Notes: generated from the sequence alone by a model not told the origin. A stretch of 64,000 nucleotides of DNA from Candidatus Latescibacterota bacterium (GCA_965226795.1 CBDDDZ010000002.1:416001-480000); one strand, 5' to 3'; numbered from the stretch's first letter, positions 50,265-60,193 are shown. Program-made: numbers and translations.

Positions 50265-53200
50265 ATGATGGACACCAGCACATTCCTGAATCCCCCGGCG
50301 CCATACCGGATTCTGACTTCCTGGAACTGGAACGGCACCATCGAGGAGGGTGAGATCGTGCGCCAGATCCGGGAGATGAACGATAAGGGTCTGGGTGGAT
50401 TCTGTCTCTCCGCGGGGCCGGGGCTTCGCATTCCATACCTCTCCAAAGTCTGGTTCGATCGTGTTCGGCTGGCGGTGGAAACCGCCCGGGAGTGCGGCCT
50501 CCAGGTCTGGCTGCAGGGCGAATACCCCCATCCCCACAGCATCAGCGGCGGCCAGGTTTCGCTGGGTTATCCGCAGTATCGGGCTCAGCACCTCACCTTT
50601 GATGAAATCACCGTTCAGGGCGGGCAGCAGGTCGACATGGAACTGCCGTGGGGCACGGTATTGCGTGCGCTCTCTGTTCCCCTCAAGCGGGACCGGTGCC
50701 TCTGGGAGAGTGTGGCCGATATCGGGGATTATATCGGCACAAATCAGCGCCATGAGATATACCACGAACACACGGACGACGCGGCATACCATAACAAACG
50801 ATTTCTCGCCCGACACGTCACGCATCGCCTGTTCTGGAAGGCGCCGCCGGGACGCTGGAGAGTGCTCGTCTTCATACAGCGAGAAAGCGACGAGGCGGAA
50901 TCTCATGGAATCCACTTCGATCCGTTCAACGCGGAAGCCGTCGCCTGTTTTCTCGAGACCACCCACGGACGGTACGCAAGCGGGCTGGCAAAAGGTCTTG
51001 GCGGCGTGATCCAGGGCATTTTGACCACCGAGGCGTTTCCCATTCCGGGCAGATGGCACTGGTCTCCGACATTGCCCCGGGTATTTCGGGAGCGCAACCA
51101 GTACGACCTGCTCAACTGCCTCCCCGCGCTGATGACCAATTTCGGCCCGAATACGGAGCGCATTCGGTACGATTACTTCCAGACTTTGAGCGAGATGCTC
51201 AGAGACAACTTCCATAAAGTCTTCGAGACGTGGTGCGCGAAACACAAAGTGCTGCACGCGGCCGACGTCACTGTTTTCAGGAACGCCCACAGGTGCAACG
51301 TTCACATCCCCGGTACGAGCGGCGGGGGTGAAAAGGTGGGAGGGTTCAGAGGCCGGGACGCACATGCCGCCGCTTATCGCCGCAACCCCAGGTTCTCCGT
51401 GTCCGTCCACGACGGGGGCCGCGCCTTCAACACCTGTTTCCAGGATACCGGCTGGTCTCTGACCCTTCAGGATATGAAATGGTCGATCGACCGGATGGGC
51501 GCTCTAGGCGCCAACCTGTTTCACGCACGGGGATTGTCCTATACCCTGGACGGGTTGCGCAAACACCACAATCCGCCCTCGATTTTCCATCAGAATCCCT
51601 ATTGGAAACATTTCCGGCTTCTGGCGGACTACGCCGGCCGCCTCTCATACGTCCTCAGCCAGGGACGTCGACGGGCGAATCTGGCCCTTCTCGATCCGGC
51701 AACGAGTCTCTGGGCGCACCTGGGCAGCCCCGGCCTCGGATGGGAATATATCGGCTACGATGAGGAAGAGGCCAAGCTGACCCAACGGCTCGCTTCAGAT
51801 TGGGCGTACCTGATCGAATCCCTCTGCCAGATGCAGCGAGATTTCGATTCCCTGGATCCGGAAACGTTGGCGGCGGCGCGAATTGCCGGTGACCGGCTGC
51901 AGACTGACGTAGGCAGCTACGAGGTGCTCATCCTGCCGCCCATCACAAACCTGGAGCGAGACGCGTTTGAACGCATCCGGCAGTTTATCAACGCCGGCGG
52001 CAGAGTTATCTGTCTCGGCCTGCTGCCGATTGAAGACATTCAGGAAGGTTCGTCGGTCGTCGAGGCATTCTCCCGGCTTACCGATATGGAACCCGGCAGA
52101 ATGAGGCGCGACTATATCGGCCACGAACTGGGCGTACATCTCATTCAGAGGGGAGACCTCTACTTCATTCGTACGGGAGGGTCCGTCAGAAAAAATCGCG
52201 GCGCGCGTATGCTGGCCGATTTGCTCCACCGCATACTTCCTCCTGACGTGATTGTCGAAACCGACAAAAAGAACGGTTCGGCGATCCTGTCGCAGAGGAG
52301 AGAAACGCCAAAGGAAGATCTGTTCTTCTTCACGAATACCGATCAAAACGCCTTTACATCCCGGATCACATTAAGGGTGCCGTCAAGCCGCCGAAAAGTG
52401 GAACGGTGGGACCTGGAAACCGGCAGGCGGACCTCATTAAGGGCGGACAGGGAAGGTGATAGGATCACGCTAAACCTCGACTTCGAACGGTTGCAATCCC
52501 ACGTTATTGTTGCATCGGAAGACAAACCCCAGTCTCTGAGGGAATTGGAAACGGCGGCGGTTTTGCGTCCCGACGCGGACGGTGGGTGGAAAGTCGATCC
52601 CGAAGACGACAACTGCCTGCGCATGGACAGGTACCAAATGCAACTCGATCCGCAGAACAAAGGAATCGAGCAGGGCTGGCACAAACCCGGCTACAGAGAC
52701 AACCGCTGGACGTCAGTAACCCCCAAACCGATGATTGAACAAATCAAAAGTCTGCCTACTCTTTCCAGCCTGCCCTTCACGTTCAATAGCGGCGGACCGG
52801 GTCAGACCGCCGGTCCGGGCATCAAATTTCCCCTGGTTTGCTGGTTCAGAACCGCATTCTCCGCCGACGTCGTGCCTTCAAAGCTCTCCCTGGTGATGGA
52901 CCGCAGCGCCATTCTGGGCAATTATCAGATCTACCTTAATGGTGTCCGCCTGCCCGGAAAAGCCTTCCGTCCCACGTTCCGATACGACCATAACAACGTC
53001 ACCTGCGCGGTTGTGCGTCGCGTCACAACCGGCAGGAACGTCCTGGCCATCCGTGTGGAACTCGACCACCTCAACCAGGGCCTGGTCGATGCCTTCTACC
53101 TTTTCGGAAAATTCGGTGTCAGGCGGTGGCTCAGCCACTATCTCCGAATGGTCGCTCCGGTCGACCGTGGTTTTCCGGGCGAACTCGACGAGCAGAAAAT

Positions 53201-53507
53201 GCCCTATTATGCGGGAACGGTTGTGTATACAAAAGATATGACGTTTAGCGAGCCCCCCGAGTCCGAACAGTTCGTTTTTTCGCTCGAGGAGGAACTTAAA
53301 GACGTCTCCGATATTGTAGAGGTCGCCATAAACGGCCGCTCCCTCGGTACGAGAGCCTGGGCGCCCTACAAGTGGACGGCCAGAACCGAATGGCTCAGAC
53401 CCGGAAAGAACCGAATCGTCGTCCGGATGACCAACACACTTTCCCGGCTGCTCACCGGCAGTGAATTTGAGACCCGAACCCACTCCCTGAAACCCGTCAA
53501 GCTTTAG
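50265..53507 (+). CDS. large GH106/alpha-L-rhamnosidase-like glycoside hydrolase homologue
   Basis: F.NPP..YR...W.WNG...RQI.EM...G.GGF N-terminus, GW..T..D.K...D....G.N and PPS...QNPYW, plus a C-terminal sugar-binding domain (YYAGTVVY...EVAING...G.RAW.PY). Confidence 0.7.
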   Translation: MMDTSTFLNPPAPYRILTSWNWNGTIEEGEIVRQIREMNDKGLGGFCLSAGPGLRIPYLSKVWFDRVRLAVETARECGLQVWLQGEYPHPHSISGGQVSLGYPQYRAQHLTFDEITVQGGQQVDMELPWGTVLRALSVPLKRDRCLWESVADIGDYIGTNQRHEIYHEHTDDAAYHNKRFLARHVTHRLFWKAPPGRWRVLVFIQRESDEAESHGIHFDPFNAEAVACFLETTHGRYASGLAKGLGGVIQGILTTEAFPIPGRWHWSPTLPRVFRERNQYDLLNCLPALMTNFGPNTERIRYDYFQTLSEMLRDNFHKVFETWCAKHKVLHAADVTVFRNAHRCNVHIPGTSGGGEKVGGFRGRDAHAAAYRRNPRFSVSVHDGGRAFNTCFQDTGWSLTLQDMKWSIDRMGALGANLFHARGLSYTLDGLRKHHNPPSIFHQNPYWKHFRLLADYAGRLSYVLSQGRRRANLALLDPATSLWAHLGSPGLGWEYIGYDEEEAKLTQRLASDWAYLIESLCQMQRDFDSLDPETLAAARIAGDRLQTDVGSYEVLILPPITNLERDAFERIRQFINAGGRVICLGLLPIEDIQEGSSVVEAFSRLTDMEPGRMRRDYIGHELGVHLIQRGDLYFIRTGGSVRKNRGARMLADLLHRILPPDVIVETDKKNGSAILSQRRETPKEDLFFFTNTDQNAFTSRITLRVPSSRRKVERWDLETGRRTSLRADREGDRITLNLDFERLQSHVIVASEDKPQSLRELETAAVLRPDADGGWKVDPEDDNCLRMDRYQMQLDPQNKGIEQGWHKPGYRDNRWTSVTPKPMIEQIKSLPTLSSLPFTFNSGGPGQTAGPGIKFPLVCWFRTAFSADVVPSKLSLVMDRSAILGNYQIYLNGVRLPGKAFRPTFRYDHNNVTCAVVRRVTTGRNVLAIRVELDHLNQGLVDAFYLFGKFGVRRWLSHYLRMVAPVDRGFPGELDEQKMPYYAGTVVYTKDMTFSEPPESEQFVFSLEEELKDVSDIVEVAINGRSLGTRAWAPYKWTARTEWLRPGKNRIVVRMTNTLSRLLTGSEFETRTHSLKPVKL

Positions 53508-53608
53508 GATACTGACGTCAGGCGGCGCAAATCGACTCCGTCACCGGAGGAACGGGATGCGCCATCGGTCTCCATTGCCAGGGTCGGATATCCCGTATCG
53601 CAGAAAAG

Positions 53609-53638
53609 GAAAAGCGGCCTCACGTCGAGGTCGTTTTC
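53609..53638 (+). terminator. probable intrinsic terminator
   Basis: GAAAAGCGGCCTC-ACGTC-GAGGTCGTTTTC downstream of the GH gene. Confidence 0.5.
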
Positions 53639-53890
53639 GTGTTTAAAACAAGAGCGGAAATCGCCGGGAAACCCATGTCGTGCATCCGTTGACCGGGATG
53701 AGCCGATGGCAGGTTTGTCTCAATAAGCGGCGGCCCGTTCCGCCGTTATCCGAATAAAGAAGTGGCATATCTACAGGGCGCCTTCAACCGTTTTAAATTA
53801 GGCAGATGTCATTTCAATTGGAGACGACTATGAAACGGGGATGGATCGCAGCAGGCGTGATAGCCGCGATACTTTCAGGTTCCCGGACCC

Positions 53891-53919
53891 TTGCATTTTA
53901 GAATGGCGGTCTATATATT
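53891..53919 (+). promoter_or_regulatory. sigma70-type promoter
   Basis: TTGCAT-17 bp-TATATT. Confidence 0.45.
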
Positions 53920-54178
53920 TCGAGAGCATGCGGAACAACCGGCCGCACCGTCGCTCTGAGCACTGCCTCAATACTGTTCAGTGGTCCCAGCGGGACAGGT
54001 TCCATGCGCGGGTCCCGCCTACTTCACTTGCAGTGGAGTTCGGGCACGTAGCGCCCACTTTCCCGTAACCGAGAGATGAAACGGCGATCCATTCAGGCCT
54101 TTGCCGGACCCACTCTTTGTAGCCATGCAGTATCTTGAGACAAGAGAAGACGCCTCTCCCAAAAATGGAGAATTCGCG

Positions 54179-54435
54179 ATGGCTGATGTAGAACGGAATA
54201 CGATAGAATTGGGAAAGATCGTCTCGCGTGATCCTGAAATCCACAGCGGAGATCTGGTATTTGCCGGCACGAGGGTTCCGGTAGACTGTCTGGTGGGTTA
54301 TCTTAAAGGGGGCACTCCATCGAAGAGTTCCTCCTGGACTATCCCACGGTCGAGCGCTGGCAGATAGAGCGGTTTCTCGACCTTTCACCTGAGGGTCTGG
54401 AGCACTTGAGAGCACAGAATGCGAGTGCTTCCTGA
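54179..54435 (+). pseudogene. DUF433 family antitoxin, frameshifted
   Basis: IVSRDPEIHSGDLVFAGTRVPV..L..YLKGG, then the expected continuation HSIEEFLLDYPTVERWQI lies in another frame after the G5 run at 54308-54312. Confidence 0.8.
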
Positions 54436-54745
54436 CGAGGATATTCCGATCAGACTCAGGCTCTACTTCCAATCAGAAGTAGAGGTCGAAACGGTGGAGT
54501 ATCGTGGATGGAAGGGTCTTAAAAATGGCGCATTACTGCGTGCCGCCCAACGACATTTCGATGTTCTTGTTACGATGGACGGTAACCTTCCTGATCAACA
54601 ATCTCTTCAACAATTCGACCTGGGCGTGGCTGTCTTGCGTGCATCGAGCAAGACGCTTGAGGGTTTGGTAGCAATGGTACCGGAACTCGAAAGATTGCTA
54701 CCTGAGATCGGGCTTGGACAAGCTTTGCGGATCTATCCCAAATAG
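54419..54745 (+). CDS. DUF5615 family PIN-like toxin (VapC45-like)
   Basis: MRVLPDEDIP...GWKGLKNGALL..A...FDVLVTMD.NL..QQ; overlaps the DUF433 partner. Confidence 0.8.
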   Translation: MRVLPDEDIPIRLRLYFQSEVEVETVEYRGWKGLKNGALLRAAQRHFDVLVTMDGNLPDQQSLQQFDLGVAVLRASSKTLEGLVAMVPELERLLPEIGLGQALRIYPK

Positions 54746-55033
54746 ACTGCGGCCTTAGCCTCTTTGACAAGGCCACCGCCAATTTGCCACAGGCTGACAC
54801 TACGCACGAACACGTCCTCCCGACCCACCCTCCGCACGCAACAACGTCAACAACCCGCATCCCCGCCGGCAACTATACACTCGTCGTCCGGCAAGAACCC
54901 GACCACCTCGGCGTGACTCTATCGATACCTATATCCAACTTGCGATCTTCGCCACCCGGCCGGCAGATGGGTCAGGGCTACGGCTAAGAATCAGACGTCA
55001 ACACCCCAAACTATACCCGGAGGCGTGCAACTC

Positions 55034-55441
55034 ATGAACCCCTGGAAGATCAATCTGGACGACGTGCCTGAAGATCATCAGACGTGGACCTGGAAGACCG
55101 GAAGCTACGAACGCTATCGCCGCCATGTATCCGTCGCCCTGGGAAACACCCCGGAAACGCCCCATCCGTTCGACGTTGAAATGACGCGTCTGCCGCCGGG
55201 GGCGCGGCCATGTCCGGTGCATTCGCATGCCCGCACGTGGGAATTCTTCATTGTCGCCTCCGGCCGCGCCGTGGTCGATCGTGAAGGAGATTCCACCGAA
55301 GCCGTCGCCGGAGACTGCTTCATGCAACCGGCGGGCATCCGGCACCGGATCCGAAATGCCAGCCGATCCGAAGATCTGGTCTTCTACGTTATCGCCAACG
55401 AGCATGGCGAGCCCGATCCGGGCCGGAAATACGAGGTCTGA
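55034..55441 (+). CDS. cupin domain protein
   Basis: PVHSH...WEFFIVASG...GDCFMQPAG..H.I.N cupin motifs. Confidence 0.85.
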   Translation: MNPWKINLDDVPEDHQTWTWKTGSYERYRRHVSVALGNTPETPHPFDVEMTRLPPGARPCPVHSHARTWEFFIVASGRAVVDREGDSTEAVAGDCFMQPAGIRHRIRNASRSEDLVFYVIANEHGEPDPGRKYEV

Positions 55442-55619
55442 TCGACCCGGTACAATGCTCGATCAGCCCGCTGTCGTTTTTCGACGCGAACGCCCCCTTC
55501 CCCCGCGTTCCGCGTATGCACCGTCTGAACGGGACGGTTAGCGCCCGCACCAGAATCGCGGAATCGTCTCTTCCGCTCTCGTCAGATCTTGATTCCTGGA
55601 ATCCGCTCGGGGAGCCAAA

Positions 55620-56507
55620 TTGGGGTTTACGATCTCTCCCGGTGAGGTCTTCGGACTGCTGTGCTCGCTCGTCTGGGCGCTGAACAGCCTGATGGTCCGC
55701 ACTCAGTCACAGGTGATCCCTCCGGTGATGATGAACGGCATCCGGTGCGCCGTGGCCACGGTCATTTTCTGGGCGCTGCTCCCGTTCGGACCGCCGCTTT
55801 CCAGCTACGCCCACGTAACCGGAACGGAGTGGGCGCTGCTGGTGGGTGGGTTGGTGATCGGGATGGCCATCGGCGAGACGATGTACCTGGCGGCAATCAA
55901 GGAGATCGGCGTGTCGCGTGCGATGGCGCTGTCCGGAACCTTCCCGCTCGCCACGTTTTTCTTCGAGTGGGCCCTGCTGCAGAATCCGTTCAGCCGAAGA
56001 TTCTTCCTTGGGATCTGTCTTGTGGCCGTTGGGGTGATTTATCTTTCAAGCCGGGCCCGACAGCCCTCCGGTGAGCGGCCCGTTCGGCTCGCGCTGGGCA
56101 CATCCCTGGCGCTGTTCGCCTGCCTGCTGTGGGGCCTGAGTACGGTGATGCTCAAACCGGCGATCACGCACATGACGTCCGTTCAGGCCAACAGTGTCCG
56201 CGTGCCGATCACGGCCGCGTTGCTCTTCCTGGCCCGGGCATGGACCGGCCCGGTGATGCGCATCCGGGATATCGACCGGCGGGCGCTGTCGATTGTGGCC
56301 GCGAGTGGGATCGTCGGCGTGGGCGCGGGATCCATGCTGTACGTGATGGCGATCAGCCGGATCGGCCCCGCCAAGATGGCCACCCTGGCGTCTGTCTCGC
56401 CCGTTCTGGGGCTGGTGATGGCGGTCATCTTTCTGAAGGAGAAGCTGACCCTGCGGCTGGTGACGGGCGTGGTGTTCTGTGTGGCGGGCGTGTGGATGGT
56501 GCTTTGA
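55620..56507 (+). CDS. DMT/EamA family transporter
   Basis: About 10 TM segments in two EamA repeats, ending in FLKEKL. Confidence 0.85.
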   Translation: MGFTISPGEVFGLLCSLVWALNSLMVRTQSQVIPPVMMNGIRCAVATVIFWALLPFGPPLSSYAHVTGTEWALLVGGLVIGMAIGETMYLAAIKEIGVSRAMALSGTFPLATFFFEWALLQNPFSRRFFLGICLVAVGVIYLSSRARQPSGERPVRLALGTSLALFACLLWGLSTVMLKPAITHMTSVQANSVRVPITAALLFLARAWTGPVMRIRDIDRRALSIVAASGIVGVGAGSMLYVMAISRIGPAKMATLASVSPVLGLVMAVIFLKEKLTLRLVTGVVFCVAGVWMVL

Positions 56508-56572
56508 CGCAAGGGCCCTTCTCGAGACAACACACACTTGTGTGTATAGATGGTGCCAATCGGGCTCCCTGG

Positions 56573-57193
56573 ATGGGGTTCTGCGCCGACGCCGGGCCGG
56601 AGGAGATACGGGCGGCGGTCGATCGGAATGTGGATGTCATTGTCACACACCACGATGCATGGGATTTCATGTTCGAGCAGAGGGAGGAGGTCCGTTCTCT
56701 TTTACAGAAGCACGGACTCACGCACATCTGGGCGCACCTTCCGCTCGACCTGGCGGACTTCGGGACCTCCGCAATGCTGCTGTCGGAGATCGGTTGTAAC
56801 CCTGTGGCCACGCTGGCCGAAAACGCGGGAAGGGTGGGCGAACTATCCGAATCCGCCAGCTTGGCCACGGTGCGCTCAAACCTCACGTCTCTGTTGTGCG
56901 AGGAGCCCTGTAGAGTGCATGACGCGAACCGGTCCGTGCGCAGGGTAGGCACGGTAACGGGTGCGGGATTCTATACGAATTACCTGAGGGAGGCGTTGCA
57001 CTACGATATCGACCTGTACGTCACGGGGGAGACGAGTCTCTTTCTGCTCGAGTACGCGAAATTCCAAAACGTGAACGTGCTGGTGTATTCTCACAACTAT
57101 TCCGAGTTGCCGGGGGTACGTGCCTTCGCCGCGGGAATCGCCGACGCGCTGAACCTCGAGTTGAAGGGCCATCTGGGGGATTCCCACTTTTAG
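56573..57193 (+). CDS. Nif3-like dinuclear metal protein, apparently lacking its N-terminal ~30 aa
   Basis: D...E....A...VDVIVTHH, HLPLD, VTGAG, YVTGE and HNYSE; the usual N-terminal segment is absent. Confidence 0.65.
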   Translation: MGFCADAGPEEIRAAVDRNVDVIVTHHDAWDFMFEQREEVRSLLQKHGLTHIWAHLPLDLADFGTSAMLLSEIGCNPVATLAENAGRVGELSESASLATVRSNLTSLLCEEPCRVHDANRSVRRVGTVTGAGFYTNYLREALHYDIDLYVTGETSLFLLEYAKFQNVNVLVYSHNYSELPGVRAFAAGIADALNLELKGHLGDSHF

Positions 57194-57293
57194 GGACGGT
57201 TTGTAAAGCACAAAGCCGCCGTCGATCCCTCTTGAATAATTGTTTGAATTTGGCGATTTTGTAGGAAATCGAACATCCACGGGAGGAAAGACA

Positions 57294-57488
57294 ATGAAGC
57301 TCTCGTTTGATCTCACCGAATCTCAAAATGAAAAGTTGGATGCAGCTGCAAAACGACTTGGTATCCGCCCGGAAGAACTTGCAAAGGCGGCGTTGGACGA
57401 TTTGCTGGGTGGGCCTGAAGAGGAATTCGAAGCTTCTGTACAGCAGGTATTGAGTAAGAATAAGGAACTCTACAGAAGGCTGAGCTGA
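57294..57488 (+). CDS. RHH-like antitoxin partner of Doc
   Basis: 64 aa ending V..KN.ELY.RL; GGAGG RBS; stop overlaps the doc ATG. Confidence 0.8.
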   Translation: MKLSFDLTESQNEKLDAAAKRLGIRPEELAKAALDDLLGGPEEEFEASVQQVLSKNKELYRRLS

Positions 57489-57874
57489 TGAGATATGTTT
57501 CCCTGGCGGAGGTGGTCGACCTTCACAGGCGTCTAATCGATCAGACTGGCGGAGCATCGGGGTTGCGTGATCTGGGCAGATTGGAATCATCCATCGCGCA
57601 ACCCCGAATGTCTTTCGGCGGGCGGGATCTCTATCCAACGCTGATTGAGAAAGCCGCCGCCCTGAGTTTTGCTTTGATCCAAAACCATCCCTTTGTCGAC
57701 GGGAATAAAAGATTGGGTCACGCAGCGATGGAAGTATTTCTTGTTCTGAATGGGCATGAAATCAAGGCGGATGTGGATGAACAAGAGACCATTATCCTGG
57801 GCGTTGCTTCCGGACAAGTGTCGAGGCAAGGTCTATCGGAATGGTTGACCGACCACGTGTTGAAAATCGGATAA
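57488..57874 (+). CDS. doc: Doc/Fic family toxin (death-on-curing)
   Basis: GLRD...LES...P and HPFVDGNKR Fic/Doc motif. Confidence 0.9.
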   Translation: MRYVSLAEVVDLHRRLIDQTGGASGLRDLGRLESSIAQPRMSFGGRDLYPTLIEKAAALSFALIQNHPFVDGNKRLGHAAMEVFLVLNGHEIKADVDEQETIILGVASGQVSRQGLSEWLTDHVLKIG

Positions 57875-57986
57875 ATGAAGATTGTTTAGCGCCCAAGACA
57901 TCTCTCCCGGGCTATATGGCCATGAGCGTCGGGGAACTTAAATCGTCAATACCCGCCAACCGCGCGTCGACGCTTTCAGGAGAATC

Positions 57987-58016
57987 TACGATGTCGAAAT
58001 CGTCGACTATCACTAA
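57987..58016 (+). pseudogene. higB: C-terminal remnant of HigB toxin
   Basis: YDVEIVDYH* is the typical HigB C-terminus, 20 bp upstream of higA; the rest of the gene is missing. Confidence 0.65.
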
Positions 58017-58036
58017 CTGAAAGAGAGGTGTCGATC

Positions 58037-58351
58037 ATGGTACGTGTGCCAACAGATCGTGTTCCGACTCATCCGGGTACGATGCTGCTGGAGGAGTTTC
58101 TGAATCCTTTGGGTCTAACGTAGCGCGAACTGGCTGCCGCCATAAATGTCCCTTATCAACGGGTCAACGAACTGGTAAACGGTCGACGCGGCGTTACCCC
58201 CAATACGGCTCTGCGCCTGGCGAGATATTTCGATGTATCGCCGGCATTTTGGCTGAATCTCCAACTTCGCTGGGACCTGTATCATACCACCCGATCTGAA
58301 GCTCGGGAAATAGAGGCGATTGAGCCACGGGATATTGGACTTGAAGTATGA
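58037..58351 (+). pseudogene. higA: HigA antitoxin with premature TAG
   Basis: PTHPG.ML.EEFL.PLGLT[TAG]RELA...RVNE.VNGRRGVTP.TALRLA.YF...FWLNLQ; TAG at 58121-58123 replaces the usual Gln (CAG). Confidence 0.85.
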
Positions 58352-58384
58352 AGAACAAACCCACGGAGTGCTGAAGTGCTTTGT

Positions 58385-59110
58385 ATGGCGGCCAAACGTA
58401 TAGATGACATCCATACCGTAGAAGACGCGGAGCTTCTCGATCGTTCCCTGGCTGAAAACGTAGATTGGGAGTCCTTCTACGCGAAGGGCAAGCGGACTCC
58501 GCCTTTTCTGAGGAATGTCCCGGACGAGAATCTGGTCAGATACGTAAAGCGGGGGCGCCTCAGGTCCGGTAACGCTATCGATCTGGGTTGCGGGATCGGC
58601 CGAAACGCGGTCTATCTGGCGAAGGCCGGATACCGTGTTGACGCCATCGATCTGTCGCAGACTGCGATCGGGAGAGGTCGTCGTTTTGCAGAGGAAGGGC
58701 GGGTTTGCGTCAATTCCATCGTCGGGTCGGTCTTTGACGTACCATTGCGCGAGAACCATTGCGACTTTGCTTGCGATTCCGGCCCATTCCATCATTTGCC
58801 GCCACATCGAAGGCCAATCTACCTCGACCGCGTTCGCATGGCGCTGAACCCGAACGGACGCTTCTGGATGACCTGTTTTGACAAGACAGGCGGTCAACCC
58901 GTGGAAGATCGGGAGATATACGAAACGGGAAAGATGCCGCCGGGAATCGGCTACACTGAAGATAGACTTGGAGATATACTGCAACACCATTTCGAGATTC
59001 TTGATTTACGGCCGATGAAGGTTTATCCCGAGGACGCCGAATTATTCGGCATATCGGGTCTTTGGACCGTTCTGATGAAGCCGTCCGCGCCCGGGGAGGG
59101 AGGTCAATGA
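58385..59110 (+). CDS. class I SAM-dependent methyltransferase
   Basis: PDENL, IDLGCGIGRNA.YLA, DLS and DSG.FHHL.PHRR. Confidence 0.85.
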   Translation: MAAKRIDDIHTVEDAELLDRSLAENVDWESFYAKGKRTPPFLRNVPDENLVRYVKRGRLRSGNAIDLGCGIGRNAVYLAKAGYRVDAIDLSQTAIGRGRRFAEEGRVCVNSIVGSVFDVPLRENHCDFACDSGPFHHLPPHRRPIYLDRVRMALNPNGRFWMTCFDKTGGQPVEDREIYETGKMPPGIGYTEDRLGDILQHHFEILDLRPMKVYPEDAELFGISGLWTVLMKPSAPGEGGQ

Positions 59111-59589
59111 AACTCGCGGTCAAGACCCGACACGCGGTTGAGGCGGACGTCCCGGCGCTTGTTGACCTGGCGCGGCGGTCCTGGCTTTCCGGAAACTGTG
59201 AACTCGCCCCGATTCAGGCTGTACGCGATTGGATGGAGGCGGATTTGGAGAGCAAGCGGTATCCGGAGACCTGGCAGAACGTCACGGTCGTGGAGCATCA
59301 GTCTCGAATTGTCGGCCTGACGCATCCCGATGGTCAGGAAGTCGCCGATCTCTGGGTGCATCCGTCCTTTCAGCGGCGCGGGATAGGGAGTACGCTGTTG
59401 CAGAATTGCGAGGACGAGATACGCACCGCGGGTCATGACACCGCCAGACTGCGGTACACGGAGTACAACTTTGCGGCACCTCTCTTCTACCGCGCTCACG
59501 GTTACATTGAGGTAAGCCGATCTCCCGACAGACTCCCATGCGGTCTAGTGCGGGATGTCATCGTTATGGAGAAAACGATCGGAGTTTGA
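59107..59589 (+). CDS. GNAT family N-acetyltransferase
   Basis: LWVHPSFQRRGIGS and N..A..FY..HGY; ATGA overlap with the upstream gene. Confidence 0.85.
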   Translation: MKLAVKTRHAVEADVPALVDLARRSWLSGNCELAPIQAVRDWMEADLESKRYPETWQNVTVVEHQSRIVGLTHPDGQEVADLWVHPSFQRRGIGSTLLQNCEDEIRTAGHDTARLRYTEYNFAAPLFYRAHGYIEVSRSPDRLPCGLVRDVIVMEKTIGV

Positions 59590-59808
59590 AGAATCGCGAC
59601 GCAATGGCACCCACGACGGCGGAACCACGAGTCGGAGAGAACACAGCCGAAGGAACGCGAGATTCAGGTATGCCAGGTCCGGTACCAATTCAAGAGGTAT
59701 TGACATCAGGATAGATCAGTAACCCGAATGGACACGGGTGACCGTAGCGAATTCTTTCGTCGGATTCCGACTATCGGGGAAAGGGCGCGACGTCGACTTC
59801 CGCGACCT

Positions 59809-60193
59809 ATGAAAGTGAAAGCAATCGACTTCGTGATATCGCACGTTTCCGAATACGCGGGAGGCAGTTCGTTTCTATCGCGAAGTCCTGGGGCTCGATC
59901 AGGATTTTATCGACGATGGGGTGATAACGGGTGACGGAACGCAGGAGACGTGGACGGAGTTCGACACGCGTCCCGTAAGCCTCACACTGGTCCGATGGGA
60001 CGAGGAGGCGGGACGACCGGGGATCGCGCTTGCGGTAGACGACGTGGATGAGGCGGTGGAAGAACTGCGCGGGAAGGACGTCGAAATCGTGATGGAGCCG
60101 GCCGATAGCGGAAGCTGCAGGATGGCCTGGATCAAGGATCCATGGGGAAACCTGCTCTGCATCCATCGCCGAAACGACGGCACATGCGGTTAG
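59809..60193 (+). pseudogene. VOC/glyoxalase family protein, frameshifted
   Basis: MKVKAIDFVISHVS in one frame; REAVRFYREVLGL...ALAVDDVDEAV..L..K.V...DPWGN continues in the next frame after about 59851. Confidence 0.75.

Noticed and set aside
53960..54060. tRNA-Sec (selC) or another tRNA
   Set aside because: No TTCRA T-loop, anticodon loop or acceptor stem in tRNA geometry on either strand.
58121..58123. TAG in higA as pyrrolysine or recoding
   Set aside because: The position is normally Gln (a single C-to-T change), the cognate toxin is deleted, and no pyl genes are visible.
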